DNA from: Nitrospiraceae bacterium
GTDB taxonomy: Bacteria; Nitrospirota; Nitrospiria; Nitrospirales; Nitrospiraceae
Direction: 5' to 3'
DNA length: 32,022 nucleotides
Assembly (NCBI GenBank): GCA_037442105.1
Contig: JBBIQV010000036.1
Span: 1 to 32,022 of the forward strand
Shown: in pieces, positions 16,208-24,545 of the stretch
Layout of the letters: every line of letters begins with the position of its first letter
Position numbering within the stretch: the first letter of the stretch is position 1
The notes under the pieces: model-generated
The model's database searches: none
What the model saw: only the letters and a program-made list of their open reading frames with translations
Told to the model about the DNA's origin: nothing
Program-made: the position numbers and the translations under genes

Positions 16208-17145
16208 GTTGGCTTGCCCTTTTCTACCGACCGCTTATCGCTCTTGTGGCCGGCTCTCGGATGGGCACGGTCGTACACCGCGAGCAGGTGATCCATTGCG
16301 ACGTGCGTATACCTCTGTGTCGTGGCAAGCGACGCGTGCCCCAGCATCTCTTGAATGGCGCGCAGGTCCGCCCCTTCGTCGAGCAAATGCGTGGCGAAAG
16401 AATGGCGGAGCGCGTGAGGATTCACCGGCCCGCCAGGCAGCCGACGGGAATACTTCGCCACGATCCGTGCCACACTCCGAACCGTCAGCCTGCCACCGCG
16501 GCTATTGCAGAAGACGGGAATCTTACTCAACTGTGAGTGGTGAGTGGTGAGTGGCGAGGTGAAGGCGGCATGATATTCCCTGATTGCATCGAGCGCCACG
16601 TTTCCGATCGGCACGACGCGTTCCTTGCGACCCTTGCCGCGCAGGTGGACCAGACCTTCAGTCCAGTTCACATCTTCGACATTCATTCCGACCAACTCGC
16701 CGACTCGTGCGCCGGTCGAGTAGAGCGTTTCCAGAATGGCGCGGTCGCGTAGCGAGAGGGTCGTTCGGTCTTCGGGAAACTCCATCAACGCATTCGCGTC
16801 ATCTTTCGTGAGGACCCGCGGGAGCGGTTTCGGCAACCGCGGGGTCCTGATTTCTTCGGCCGGGTTACGGGTCATCCGCTCTTCCCGAATGAGAAAGCGA
16901 TAGAAGCTGCGGAGGGCGGCAAGCTTGCGGGCAAGCGAACTCTTCTTCTCTCCCTGCCGATCCAGCCAGGCCAAGTACTCGCGTATGTGGGAGGTCCCGA
17001 CTGCCTCAGGGCCAGGAGCTTTGGCCGCTCCGCCAAGGAAGGTTGAGAATTGGCGCAGGTCGGACTCGTAGCTACGAATGGTCTGAGGGGATGCCCCTTG
17101 TTGCCAGTCGAGAAACGTCACGAAAGCCCGGATCGCGTCTTCCAT
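16204..17145 (-). CDS. xerC: Tyrosine recombinase XerC
   Basis: Catalytic residues intact ([31 protein letters not shown]); conserved trmFO-xerC-hslVU context. Confidence 0.9.
   Translation of the reverse strand: MEDAIRAFVTFLDWQQGASPQTIRSYESDLRQFSTFLGGAAKAPGPEAVGTSHIREYLAWLDRQGEKKSSLARKLAALRSFYRFLIREERMTRNPAEEIRTPRLPKPLPRVLTKDDANALMEFPEDRTTLSLRDRAILETLYSTGARVGELVGMNVEDVNWTEGLVHLRGKGRKERVVPIGNVALDAIREYHAAFTSPLTTHHSQLSKIPVFCNSRGGRLTVRSVARIVAKYSRRLPGGPVNPHALRHSFATHLLDEGADLRAIQEMLGHASLATTQRYTHVAMDHLLAVYDRAHPRAGHKSDKRSVEKGKPT
16533..16553. repeat. (GTGAGTG)3 tandem heptamer inside xerC
   Basis: Three perfect 7-mers (21 bp, frame-preserving), within the segment encoding SPLTTHHSQ. Confidence 0.8.
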
Positions 17146-18434
17146 GCTTCGAGATCCTCGATCGCCCGTTGCGAGATGAATCGCCGCTTCTGCTCTTTAT
17201 CCCTGGTCTTGATCGGCACAGGCGGGAAGAGACCGAAATTCGTGTTCATCGGCTGAAATTGCTCGGGATTGCTGGTCGTGATGTAGGACACCAGGCAGCC
17301 ATGCGCTGTCGTCGGCGGTGGCGCCAACAGCGGTTGCCCCGCTAATCCGCGCGCAGCATTGATGCCGGCAAGTCCACCCATCGCCGCAGATTCCGTGTAT
17401 CCCTCCACTCCGACCAGTTGTCCGGCGAAGAACAGTGTTCCGCGAGCCTTGAGCTGCAACGTATTCCTGAGAAGCTCCGGTGAATTGATGAAGGTATTCC
17501 GATGCAGGCTTCCGTACCGGAGAAATTCCGCCTTTTCCAGTCCGGGAATCATGCGGAAGACCCGCTTCTGTTCCGGGTAAGTCAACTTCGTTTGAAAGCC
17601 CACCATGTTGTAACAGGACCTGTGTGCATTCTCGGCTCGCAACTGCACGACGGCAGCAGGACGAGCGCCGGTGCGCGGATCTTCGAGGCCGACCGGTTTG
17701 AGCGGACCAAATTGCATCGTCTGGTGCCCCCGCTCGGCCATGACCTCGATCGGAATACATCCTTCAAAGTACGGGGTCTTCTCGAATTCCTTCGGCTGCA
17801 CCTTCTCCGCCTTCACCAGCGCTTCGTAGAAGGCATCGTAGGCCGCTGCGTCCATGGGACAGTTCAGGTAATCATCTCCGCCCTTGTCATAGCGGGACGC
17901 GCGAAACACGACGTTCATATTGATGCTTTCGGCATCGATGATGGGGGAGATCGCGTCAAAGAAGTACAAATGTTTCGCGTGGGTCAGAGTGGCGATGGTC
18001 TGCGACAAGCCGTCCGATGTCAGGGGCCCCGTTGCAACGATACAAATGCAATCACCCGGAATATCCTTAATCTCTTCCCGGATGATTCGAACATTGGGAT
18101 GCCCTTCGAGCGTTTGCGTAATCTTCTGCGCAAATAGCTCTCGATCCACCGCCAGGGCCGATCCTGCCGGCACCCGAACCTCGTCGGCGACACGGATGAC
18201 GAGTGAATTCAGGCGCCGCATCTCCTCTTTGAGAATCCCCGGGGCATTGAGCAGATCGGTGGATCCCAACGAATTTGAACAGACGAGTTCGGCCAGCCAG
18301 CCCGTCTTGTGCGCTTTGGTCGGCTCCTTGGGGCGCATCTCGTATAGGGTGACTTTGGCCCCCCTGGTCGCGGCCTGCCACGCTGCCTCGGAGCCGGCCA
18401 GGCCCCCACCGATGATCGCAATGTCCTGTCGCAT
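17118..18434 (-). CDS. trmFO: Folate-dependent tRNA (uracil-54) methyltransferase TrmFO
   Basis: IIGGGLAGSEAAWQ, ELVCSNS, ATGPLT, FFDAISP, VGFQT, HRNTFI, GVEGY. Start at ATG 18434. Confidence 0.96.
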   Translation of the reverse strand: MRQDIAIIGGGLAGSEAAWQAATRGAKVTLYEMRPKEPTKAHKTGWLAELVCSNSLGSTDLLNAPGILKEEMRRLNSLVIRVADEVRVPAGSALAVDRELFAQKITQTLEGHPNVRIIREEIKDIPGDCICIVATGPLTSDGLSQTIATLTHAKHLYFFDAISPIIDAESINMNVVFRASRYDKGGDDYLNCPMDAAAYDAFYEALVKAEKVQPKEFEKTPYFEGCIPIEVMAERGHQTMQFGPLKPVGLEDPRTGARPAAVVQLRAENAHRSCYNMVGFQTKLTYPEQKRVFRMIPGLEKAEFLRYGSLHRNTFINSPELLRNTLQLKARGTLFFAGQLVGVEGYTESAAMGGLAGINAARGLAGQPLLAPPPTTAHGCLVSYITTSNPEQFQPMNTNFGLFPPVPIKTRDKEQKRRFISQRAIEDLEAWKTRSGLS

Positions 18435-18473
18435 GAGGATGGAAGCTCCACGCGGATATGAGAAGGGAAGCAC

Positions 18474-18550
18474 ATTGTAGGAAGCCGGTTTCGGAGATGT
18501 CAAGGCGCTGGCAAGCTGTGTTGATCTGCCCGCGAAGCCCGTGCTAGACT
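18474..18550. promoter_or_regulatory. Back-to-back sigma-70 promoters (trmFO operon and tRNA-Val)
   Basis: Minus strand TTGACA(18503-18498)-18 nt-TACAAT(18479-18474); plus strand TTGATC(18521)-18 nt-TAGACT(18545-18550) with an extended TG. Confidence 0.6.
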
Positions 18551-18559
18551 TCCGCGCGT

Positions 18560-18634
18560 GGGCGATTAGCTCAGTGGGAGAGCGCTTCCCTCACACGGAA
18601 GAGGCCACTGGTTCGATACCAGTATCGCCCACCA
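18560..18634 (+). tRNA. tRNA-Val (CAC)
   Basis: GGGCGAT/ATCGCCC acceptor stem, D-arm, anticodon arm CTTCC-CTCACAC-GGAAG, T-arm GGTTCGATACC, encoded CCA. Confidence 0.95.
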
Positions 18635-18797
18635 TTTCCCTCGCCGCAGTGCTCGCAATCCAGACAATCCTGCAATATCTACTTCCACTTTCGGAAGGTG
18701 GCGCTTACTGGACAGAATATGAAAGGTCGGCTAGACTTTTGTTTGAATTTGCCGATCCGGCCTCTTATAGAGATTGAAAAGGCAGGGAGGAGACGTC

Positions 18798-19142
18798 ATG
18801 TATAGACACATTCTTCTCGCGGGTATCGCTGTAACGATGGCGTTGACGGTCAGCGCGTGTGCGGGGAGCCGCCAAGGAGAGATAAGTGAAAGTGACAAGG
18901 CCTACGGCGCCCCCATGAGCATTTACAGCGTGATGGATAGCACCTCTCTGGTCTATTCCGACCCTGCCGGCGCGTCGCCCATGAACGACAGCCTGTGGCG
19001 CTGGATGGGATTCCTCCTGTATCCCGTCGGCCAAGTACTCGATTACGGGATCAATCGGCCTGTGTACTCGGTAGGTAGCTACGCGCCATTTCTCTTCGGC
19101 TACACGTCCGAAGATTCGATGCTCGACTCACAACGTAGGTAA
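18798..19142 (+). CDS. Hypothetical lipoprotein
   Basis: GGAGGAG SD; signal peptide with lipobox VSAC; C-terminal 'WRWMGFLLYPVGQVLDYGINRP' amphipathic segment. Confidence 0.75.
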   Translation: MYRHILLAGIAVTMALTVSACAGSRQGEISESDKAYGAPMSIYSVMDSTSLVYSDPAGASPMNDSLWRWMGFLLYPVGQVLDYGINRPVYSVGSYAPFLFGYTSEDSMLDSQRR

Positions 19143-19290
19143 TCCACCCTCCGCTTATCATCCCGGCGAGGAAGCCTCTGTGCTGCAAGGCGCCCTTGCC
19201 GGTCATGACTGCTCGTGGTTTCCACTTTCACTCCCATTAGCATCTTCCCAAGCGATTGGTGTATGCTGCGACAAAGCCGCCGGCCTGTCC

Positions 19291-20442
19291 ATGTCGCCGT
19301 TCTGTTCACGCCCAAGCAGGATTATCTTGTATGGACTCCTCGTCCTCCGACTGGTTTCCGGGTGCGAAAGCACTGTCCCGAAATCGAACTTACCGCCTTC
19401 CGCCAGCGATCTCGGCCTGCTGAAGTCCGCTGCGCTTTGCGACCAAAAGGGCGCCTTTCTTCAGCGGCATGTTTCCCTGCCGGTGGAGAAGATCACGTGG
19501 GGTAGCGGACAGGAACTTCGCATCCCAGCGGATCGAAGTCCTTCTAAGAGCGAGGAATCCTACTTCTTTGATGCCGATGGGTTGCTCGTGGGCGCCTTGT
19601 TTACCTATCCGGCAGGCCTCGATCTGTCCCCCTACTCAGTTCTCCGCGACACGCTGTTGCAGCTCAAACCATCGCTGGAGTTCTATCTCAGCGTGGCCAA
19701 GCTCGCCACGAAGGGGAACATGGAATCGAGCGCGCTCTATGAAACAGGGGACGAGAAATCTACGACACAATACCTCGTGGTGGGCGATCGCTATGAGCCG
19801 ACGTTGTTGCAGGCATCCTTTTCCATTGATCCCTATTCCCGCCTCTTTTCCCCTTACCGTAAAGAGTTTCTCGATCGTCTGCGGAATCCTAACGGCGCCA
19901 AGGGCGGACAGCAGGTCGACAGCCAGGGCGCAGAGGACAAAGAGCCGTTTGCCTCACTTCAGGAATTTGCGCGTGGGCAGGCGGCCCAGCTCGCCTATTG
20001 CGGCCTGCGCAACTACGACATCGCGGCCGATGCGTACCAGAAGGCGATCGCGAGCGGCTTCTCCAATAAAGTCTGGCTTGCTGAAGCGCACCATAAACTC
20101 GGACTTGCCTGGGAAGGAAAGGGGGAGTTGGAAAAGGCCAAGACCGAGATGCAGCAATCGCTCACGATTCGGCCCAACATGCCCGATGTCTTGAACAACC
20201 TGGGAACCGTGTTCGCCAAGCTTGGAGAGAAGGACAAGGCACGGGCGTCCTTTGAGAAAGCGGTGACCCTCCGCCCCAATTACGCCGTGGCGCGGTACAA
20301 CCTTGCTGAAGCCTATGAGTCGATCAATCGGAAGCGAGCGATCTCGGAATATGAAACCTACTTGGCGCTGGTTGAGGGGATTCAGGAAGAAGCGGATCGG
20401 GCGGCGCTGGCACGGACTCGGGTGAAGGCATTGAAGCAGTAA
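19291..20442 (+). CDS. Tetratricopeptide-repeat (lipo)protein
   Basis: Possible lipobox VSGC; C-terminal TPRs (AHHKLG, VLNNLGTVF, ARYNLA). Start uncertain. Confidence 0.8.
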   Translation: MSPFCSRPSRIILYGLLVLRLVSGCESTVPKSNLPPSASDLGLLKSAALCDQKGAFLQRHVSLPVEKITWGSGQELRIPADRSPSKSEESYFFDADGLLVGALFTYPAGLDLSPYSVLRDTLLQLKPSLEFYLSVAKLATKGNMESSALYETGDEKSTTQYLVVGDRYEPTLLQASFSIDPYSRLFSPYRKEFLDRLRNPNGAKGGQQVDSQGAEDKEPFASLQEFARGQAAQLAYCGLRNYDIAADAYQKAIASGFSNKVWLAEAHHKLGLAWEGKGELEKAKTEMQQSLTIRPNMPDVLNNLGTVFAKLGEKDKARASFEKAVTLRPNYAVARYNLAEAYESINRKRAISEYETYLALVEGIQEEADRAALARTRVKALKQ

Positions 20443-20455
20443 GGAAACGCGCAGG

Positions 20456-20896
20456 CTAATAGTGCACTTTCTCTTGCTCTTCTTGAAGCGTCTTGCACTC
20501 GATGCAGAGTGTGGTAACGGGGCGAGCCTTCAGGCGCTTATACGGAATCTCTTCCCCACAAGCCTCGCAAATCCCATAGACGTTCTTAGCGAGCCGATCG
20601 AGCGCCTCGTCGATCTTTCGGAGGAGCTTCTGTTCTCTTTCCTTGATGCGCAGCGAAAAATACTGATCCTCTTCAGCCGACGCCTGGTCGCTCACATCGG
20701 GCAAGGCCTCTTTGGCGATTCGCTTCGTCAGGACCTCGCCTGCCTCGTCCAAGATCGCCGCCCGCTGACGCTTGAGATCGCGGCGGATGTCGGAATACTT
20801 CTTGGTTACGCCGCGAGCAGGCGCGATCGGCTCGCCTACCATAGGCTTGGTCCGGCGGTTCACTCGAACTTGATTGGCGGAGCGGCTGGACTTCAT
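20456..20896 (-). CDS. dksA: DksA/TraR C4-zinc-finger RNA polymerase-binding protein
   Basis: DxxDxA tip (DVSDQA), RE.KLL.KI.EAL.R, YGICEAC...RL.ARP....CIEC. Start uncertain. Confidence 0.88.
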   Translation of the reverse strand: MKSSRSANQVRVNRRTKPMVGEPIAPARGVTKKYSDIRRDLKRQRAAILDEAGEVLTKRIAKEALPDVSDQASAEEDQYFSLRIKEREQKLLRKIDEALDRLAKNVYGICEACGEEIPYKRLKARPVTTLCIECKTLQEEQEKVHY

Positions 20897-20922
20897 TGTG
20901 ATATGAGCCCCATTAAAAAAAC

Positions 20923-20952
20923 ATTTTAGCAACGCCTTGGAGAGATCGTCAA
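20923..20952 (-). promoter_or_regulatory. Sigma-70 promoter of dksA
   Basis: Minus strand TTGACG-18 nt-TAAAAT with an extended TG. Confidence 0.6.
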
Positions 20953-20965
20953 TGGTCGCATGGCT

Positions 20966-21007
20966 AAAGAAAGCACCCGGTTCAGGTGATGAACGTTGCC
21001 TGACCCG
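20966..21007 (-). terminator. Probable intrinsic terminator of dnaX-ybaB-recR
   Basis: Minus-strand hairpin CGGGTCAGG...CCTGAACCG followed by GGTGCTTTCTTT. Confidence 0.5.
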
Positions 21008-21063
21008 AGCGTCGCCTCGCCGTCACCGCAAGCGATGTGAATGAGAGAACGACACAATGTGTC

Positions 21064-21666
21064 TCAGAGGTCCCGCCTGCCCTCGATGGACTTGATCAAC
21101 GTGACTTCATCAGCGAACTCGATATCCGTCCCCACAGGAATACCGTAAGCGATTCTGGACACGCGGACCCCGTACGGTTTCAACACCTTCGTCAAGTAAA
21201 TCGCCGTGGCCTCGCCCTCGATGGTGGGGTTCGTTGCGATAATAATTTCCTCAACCCCGCTTCCTTTGACGCGCTCGACCAATTCGTCAATCTTGATGTC
21301 CGAAGGCCCCACCCCATCAAGGGGCGACAAGGTACCGAGCAGCACATGGTAGAGGCCACGGAACCCGCCAGCACGCTCGATGGCATACAGCGTGCTGGGT
21401 TCTTCCACAACGAGAATTTTGGACCGGTCTCGTTTGGGATCGAGGCAAAACTCGCAGAGCTCCCCTTCGGCAATGTTGCGGCACTGCCGACAAAAGTCGA
21501 GGCCGTCTTTCACAGCACGGATCGCATCGGCCAGCCTCAGCGCTTCGTCACGGCCCGCCTTGAGCAAATGAAAAGCCAACCGCTGAGCTGTCTTCTGCCC
21601 GATACCAGGCAGTCGCACCAATTCGCGGACCAATTGCGCCAGCAATCCCTGTTGATCAACCGCCAT
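21064..21666 (-). CDS. recR: Recombination mediator RecR
   Basis: LPGIGQKTAQRLAF HhH, C4 zinc finger, YHVL.G.LSP, ATNPTIEGEATA TOPRIM. Confidence 0.97.
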   Translation of the reverse strand: MAVDQQGLLAQLVRELVRLPGIGQKTAQRLAFHLLKAGRDEALRLADAIRAVKDGLDFCRQCRNIAEGELCEFCLDPKRDRSKILVVEEPSTLYAIERAGGFRGLYHVLLGTLSPLDGVGPSDIKIDELVERVKGSGVEEIIIATNPTIEGEATAIYLTKVLKPYGVRVSRIAYGIPVGTDIEFADEVTLIKSIEGRRDL

Positions 21667-21736
21667 CTATTCCTTCCTGTTACTTGTAACCGGCTTCCGG
21701 ACAGACCGGGCAACGATCAGTCCATCTTACTTAATG

Positions 21737-21828
21737 GAGGTGCCTGGAATGACTCCCTCTTGCGGCCGTCGAACGAGCGCTTTCTGAAGCGCGGGTTCCG
21801 GGAGCATGGGAGTCATTCCAGGCACCTC
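21737..21828. repeat. 92-bp MITE/REP-like element with perfect 21-bp terminal inverted repeats
   Basis: GAGGTGCCTGGAATGACTCCC (21737-21757) and its exact reverse complement (21808-21828) enclose 50 bp with an inner GCGCTT-TCTG-AAGCGC hairpin. Confidence 0.8.
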
Positions 21829-21841
21829 ATCCCCTGCCCAA

Positions 21842-22165
21842 TCAAAACAGCCCCGGAATCTTCATCCCGCCCGTCACCGCCTTCATCTCCTCGGCCACCA
21901 TCTCTCGCGCCTTGCGCAAGGCCTCGTTGGTCGCGGCAGTCACGAGATCCTGCAACATATCCACATCGCCGGACTTTACCACTTCGGGATCGATCTTGAC
22001 GCCGACCACCTGCAGCCCGCCGTTCGCGGTAACTGTTACGATTCCGCCGCCGGCCGTCCCATCGACGGTCTTCGCCGCGGCTTGCTCCTGGATTCTCGCC
22101 ATTTGTTCCTGCATGGCCTGCGCTTGTTTGAGAATGTTGCCCATATTGCCGAATGGCATCTTCAT
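21842..22165 (-). CDS. ybaB: YbaB/EbfC nucleoid-associated protein
   Basis: KQAQAMQ, GTAGGG.VTV, D.DMLQDLV.AA.NEA; located between dnaX and recR. Confidence 0.95.
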   Translation of the reverse strand: MKMPFGNMGNILKQAQAMQEQMARIQEQAAAKTVDGTAGGGIVTVTANGGLQVVGVKIDPEVVKSGDVDMLQDLVTAATNEALRKAREMVAEEMKAVTGGMKIPGLF

Positions 22166-24000
22166 TCACGAACCTCCTTCTGAGGGGACACTTGCCGGAC
22201 ATCGGCCAGGTCTCCGCCAAAGATCTCCAGCGCCTGCTTCACCAGTGGATGGGCGCGTGCCTGCCGGAAGAGGACGAGTCGCTGCTCCTGTTCTTTCGCG
22301 GCTCGGATCTGAGCCATGGTCGGTCCAGGTGGGTCGTCGTCCGTCAGCTCGACCATCCGGAGGCGCACCGGCTGCCCACTCAACTGCTGCCACAGCGCCG
22401 CTACCATGCGGAGGTTGTCTTCTTTCTCGATCATGGCCCGCGCGACCGTCGCCTGTTTGGCAAACCCGATCGTCACAAGATTGCCTTCAATACCCACCAA
22501 CCTACCCATCTCTAAGAATGGAGCAATGTTTGGATGCGCTGTCGCGACCTCTTCCTGGAACCGCTCCCAATCGAGCGTAACCGTCGGCGGAGTCGTCGCC
22601 GTGCTGGTCGCACCGGAAATTTCTGGGGCTGGTTGCGACGGGGGAGCCGTTGGTTTTTCCAAACGTGTCTCTTCACGGCCCTTCGCATCAGGAGCGGCGG
22701 GAACACGTAACGACATGGTGTCTTGCCCAGTCGGTGCACCGACTGGGCTACTTGTTCGCGCGGCGGTTGCAGGTGATGGAGAAGCCTTCGGTCCCGGTGG
22801 CGGTGGCTGAGTTCGTCGAGGTTCCGGTGCTGCAGTCGGGCGCGGTGTTGGTGTATCGACCTGAACCTTCGGCGCTGGTTGTGATGTCCCCTGTTCTTTT
22901 GGAAGCAGCAACCTCGTAGCTCGTACTGCCGCTGTCTCCAACACAAAGCGAGGATGAGCGCTGAACCGGAGGGCGTCCTCTGCGTGCGTGAAGATGCGAA
23001 AGAGTTCTTGCAGTTGATCGGGCGTGAAGGCCTTGGCATCGGCGACTATCCGGCGAAGGTCCTCATCGGAGGTCTCCACGAGCCCCCGCAATTCTTGTTG
23101 CGATGGCACAATCACCGCTACCAGTAAATTGCGAATATATTCCACCAAGTCCGCGCAATAGGCCCGCAGCTCGTGCCCCTGGTCGAGCAATTGCGCCACG
23201 ACGCGCAGCGCCACCGGGCTATCCTGTGCCGTAACGGCCGCAATCATGGCCCGCACATGTTCTTGCGGCACCGCCCCGAGCAACACTTCAAGGTCTGTGT
23301 GGTTGATCGTCTTCCCGCCAAACGCCACCGCCTGATCAAGCAGGCTGAGCGCATCGCGCATACTGCCCTCGCTGGCCCGCGCCAGCGCCGTTAGACTGCG
23401 GTCTTCCACGGCAATCCCATCCTGCGCCGCCACATGGCGAAGCCGTTGAATGATTTCGGTCCGGGCGATGCGGCGGAAGTTGTAATGCTGGCAGCGCGAG
23501 AGAATCGTCGCCGGAATCTTGTGGATCTCCGTCGTCGCGAAGATGAAGACAACGTGGGCCGGCGGCTCTTCCAACGTCTTCAACAAGGCGTTGAATGCCG
23601 AGTTCGACAGCATGTGGACTTCGTCGATGATATAGACGCGATACTTCCCGCGGAACGGCGTGAACTTCACGTTCTCGCGGATCTCCCGCACATCGTCCAC
23701 GCTGGTATTCGAGGCGCCGTCGATCTCGATCACGTCCACGGAAGTCCCTTGCGCGATCTCCAGACAATTCGGACAGGTAGTACAAGGCGTGCCCGTCGGT
23801 CCCTGCTCGCAATTGAGCGCTTTGGCCAGAATGCGCGCGACCGTGGTCTTGCCCACCCCGCGTGTGCCCGAAAAGAGAAAGGCATGTGCGATACGCTTGG
23901 TCGTAATCGAGTTGACCAACGTCTGCACGACGTGCGGCTGCCCGATTACATCGTCAAACGTGCCGGGCCGGTATTTGCGAGCGGAGACTTGGTAATCCAT
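22162..24000 (-). CDS. dnaX: DNA polymerase III subunit gamma/tau
   Basis: ARKYRP, GTRGVGKT, zinc-binding Cys cluster, IDEVHML, KTLEEPP, SRC; Pro-rich linker and C-terminal tau domain. Confidence 0.97.
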   Translation of the reverse strand: MDYQVSARKYRPGTFDDVIGQPHVVQTLVNSITTKRIAHAFLFSGTRGVGKTTVARILAKALNCEQGPTGTPCTTCPNCLEIAQGTSVDVIEIDGASNTSVDDVREIRENVKFTPFRGKYRVYIIDEVHMLSNSAFNALLKTLEEPPAHVVFIFATTEIHKIPATILSRCQHYNFRRIARTEIIQRLRHVAAQDGIAVEDRSLTALARASEGSMRDALSLLDQAVAFGGKTINHTDLEVLLGAVPQEHVRAMIAAVTAQDSPVALRVVAQLLDQGHELRAYCADLVEYIRNLLVAVIVPSQQELRGLVETSDEDLRRIVADAKAFTPDQLQELFRIFTHAEDALRFSAHPRFVLETAAVRATRLLLPKEQGTSQPAPKVQVDTPTPRPTAAPEPRRTQPPPPGPKASPSPATAARTSSPVGAPTGQDTMSLRVPAAPDAKGREETRLEKPTAPPSQPAPEISGATSTATTPPTVTLDWERFQEEVATAHPNIAPFLEMGRLVGIEGNLVTIGFAKQATVARAMIEKEDNLRMVAALWQQLSGQPVRLRMVELTDDDPPGPTMAQIRAAKEQEQRLVLFRQARAHPLVKQALEIFGGDLADVRQVSPQKEVRE

Positions 24001-24012
24001 ATTCCAGCAGGG

Positions 24013-24072
24013 AAGCTATCAGCGATCACCTCTCAGCAAAGACTGAAAGCTGAACGCTGACGGCTGACAGCT
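24013..24072. repeat. Heptamer-array hairpin between ffs and dnaX
   Basis: AGCTATC AGCGATC ACCTCTC AGC ... CTGAAA GCTGAAC GCTGACG GCTGACA GCT. Confidence 0.75.
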
Positions 24073-24080
24073 CACATTGC

Positions 24081-24181
24081 GGGGCCAGGTGATCCTGCGG
24101 CACCCAGAGGAGCCCGCGTACCGTTGCTTCCTTCCGGACCTGGCGGGGTTGGCAGGTATCTGTTGCACAGGGCCCAGCCCC
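24081..24181 (-). ncRNA. ffs: Signal recognition particle RNA (4.5S, small type)
   Basis: Minus strand contains the domain-IV motif CAGGTCCGGAAGGAAGCAAC within a ~100-nt rod closed by GGGGC/GCCCC; upstream of dnaX. Confidence 0.93.
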
Positions 24182-24193
24182 TTATCTTCAGAT

Positions 24194-24302
24194 GCCGTCA
24201 GCAATCAGCTATCGGGTGGAAGCCAAAAAGCCCGTTGGATTCATGGAGCGGTCCATCTCGTTCTTGAAAGCTGATGGCTGAACGCTGACTGCTGATAGCT
24301 AT
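24194..24302. repeat. Heptamer inverted arrays between tRNA-Ser and ffs
   Basis: GCCGTC AGCAATC AGCTATC ... GAAA GCTGATG GCTGAAC GCTGACT GCTGATA GCT, flanking about 50 nt of unique sequence. Confidence 0.75.
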
Positions 24303-24306
24303 TTTG

Positions 24307-24396
<90 letters not shown>

Positions 24397-24545
24397 GTGC
24401 CATGGGCATTCAAAGAGACGGCATCTTAGCATGCGGTCCTAGGACCGGCAAGCTGATGGACTGATCTCCGGAACGGGGTCACGCGCCCACATTGACCGCT
24501 ACCGAACCCTTTCCTATACTGCGGGCAACCGCGAAGAGGTGCTGC

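Noticed and set aside
16204..17145. xerC as the integrase of the nearby defence island
   Set aside because: It sits in the conserved housekeeping trmFO-xerC-hslVU context, and I saw no dif-like site at the island junctions.
22560..22900. Programmed frameshift site in dnaX
   Set aside because: I saw no A-AAA-AAG slippery heptamer or long A-run in the linker region.
24013..24302. Possible CRISPR array
   Set aside because: The repeats are degenerate 7-mers without regular unique spacers, and there are no cas genes in the window.
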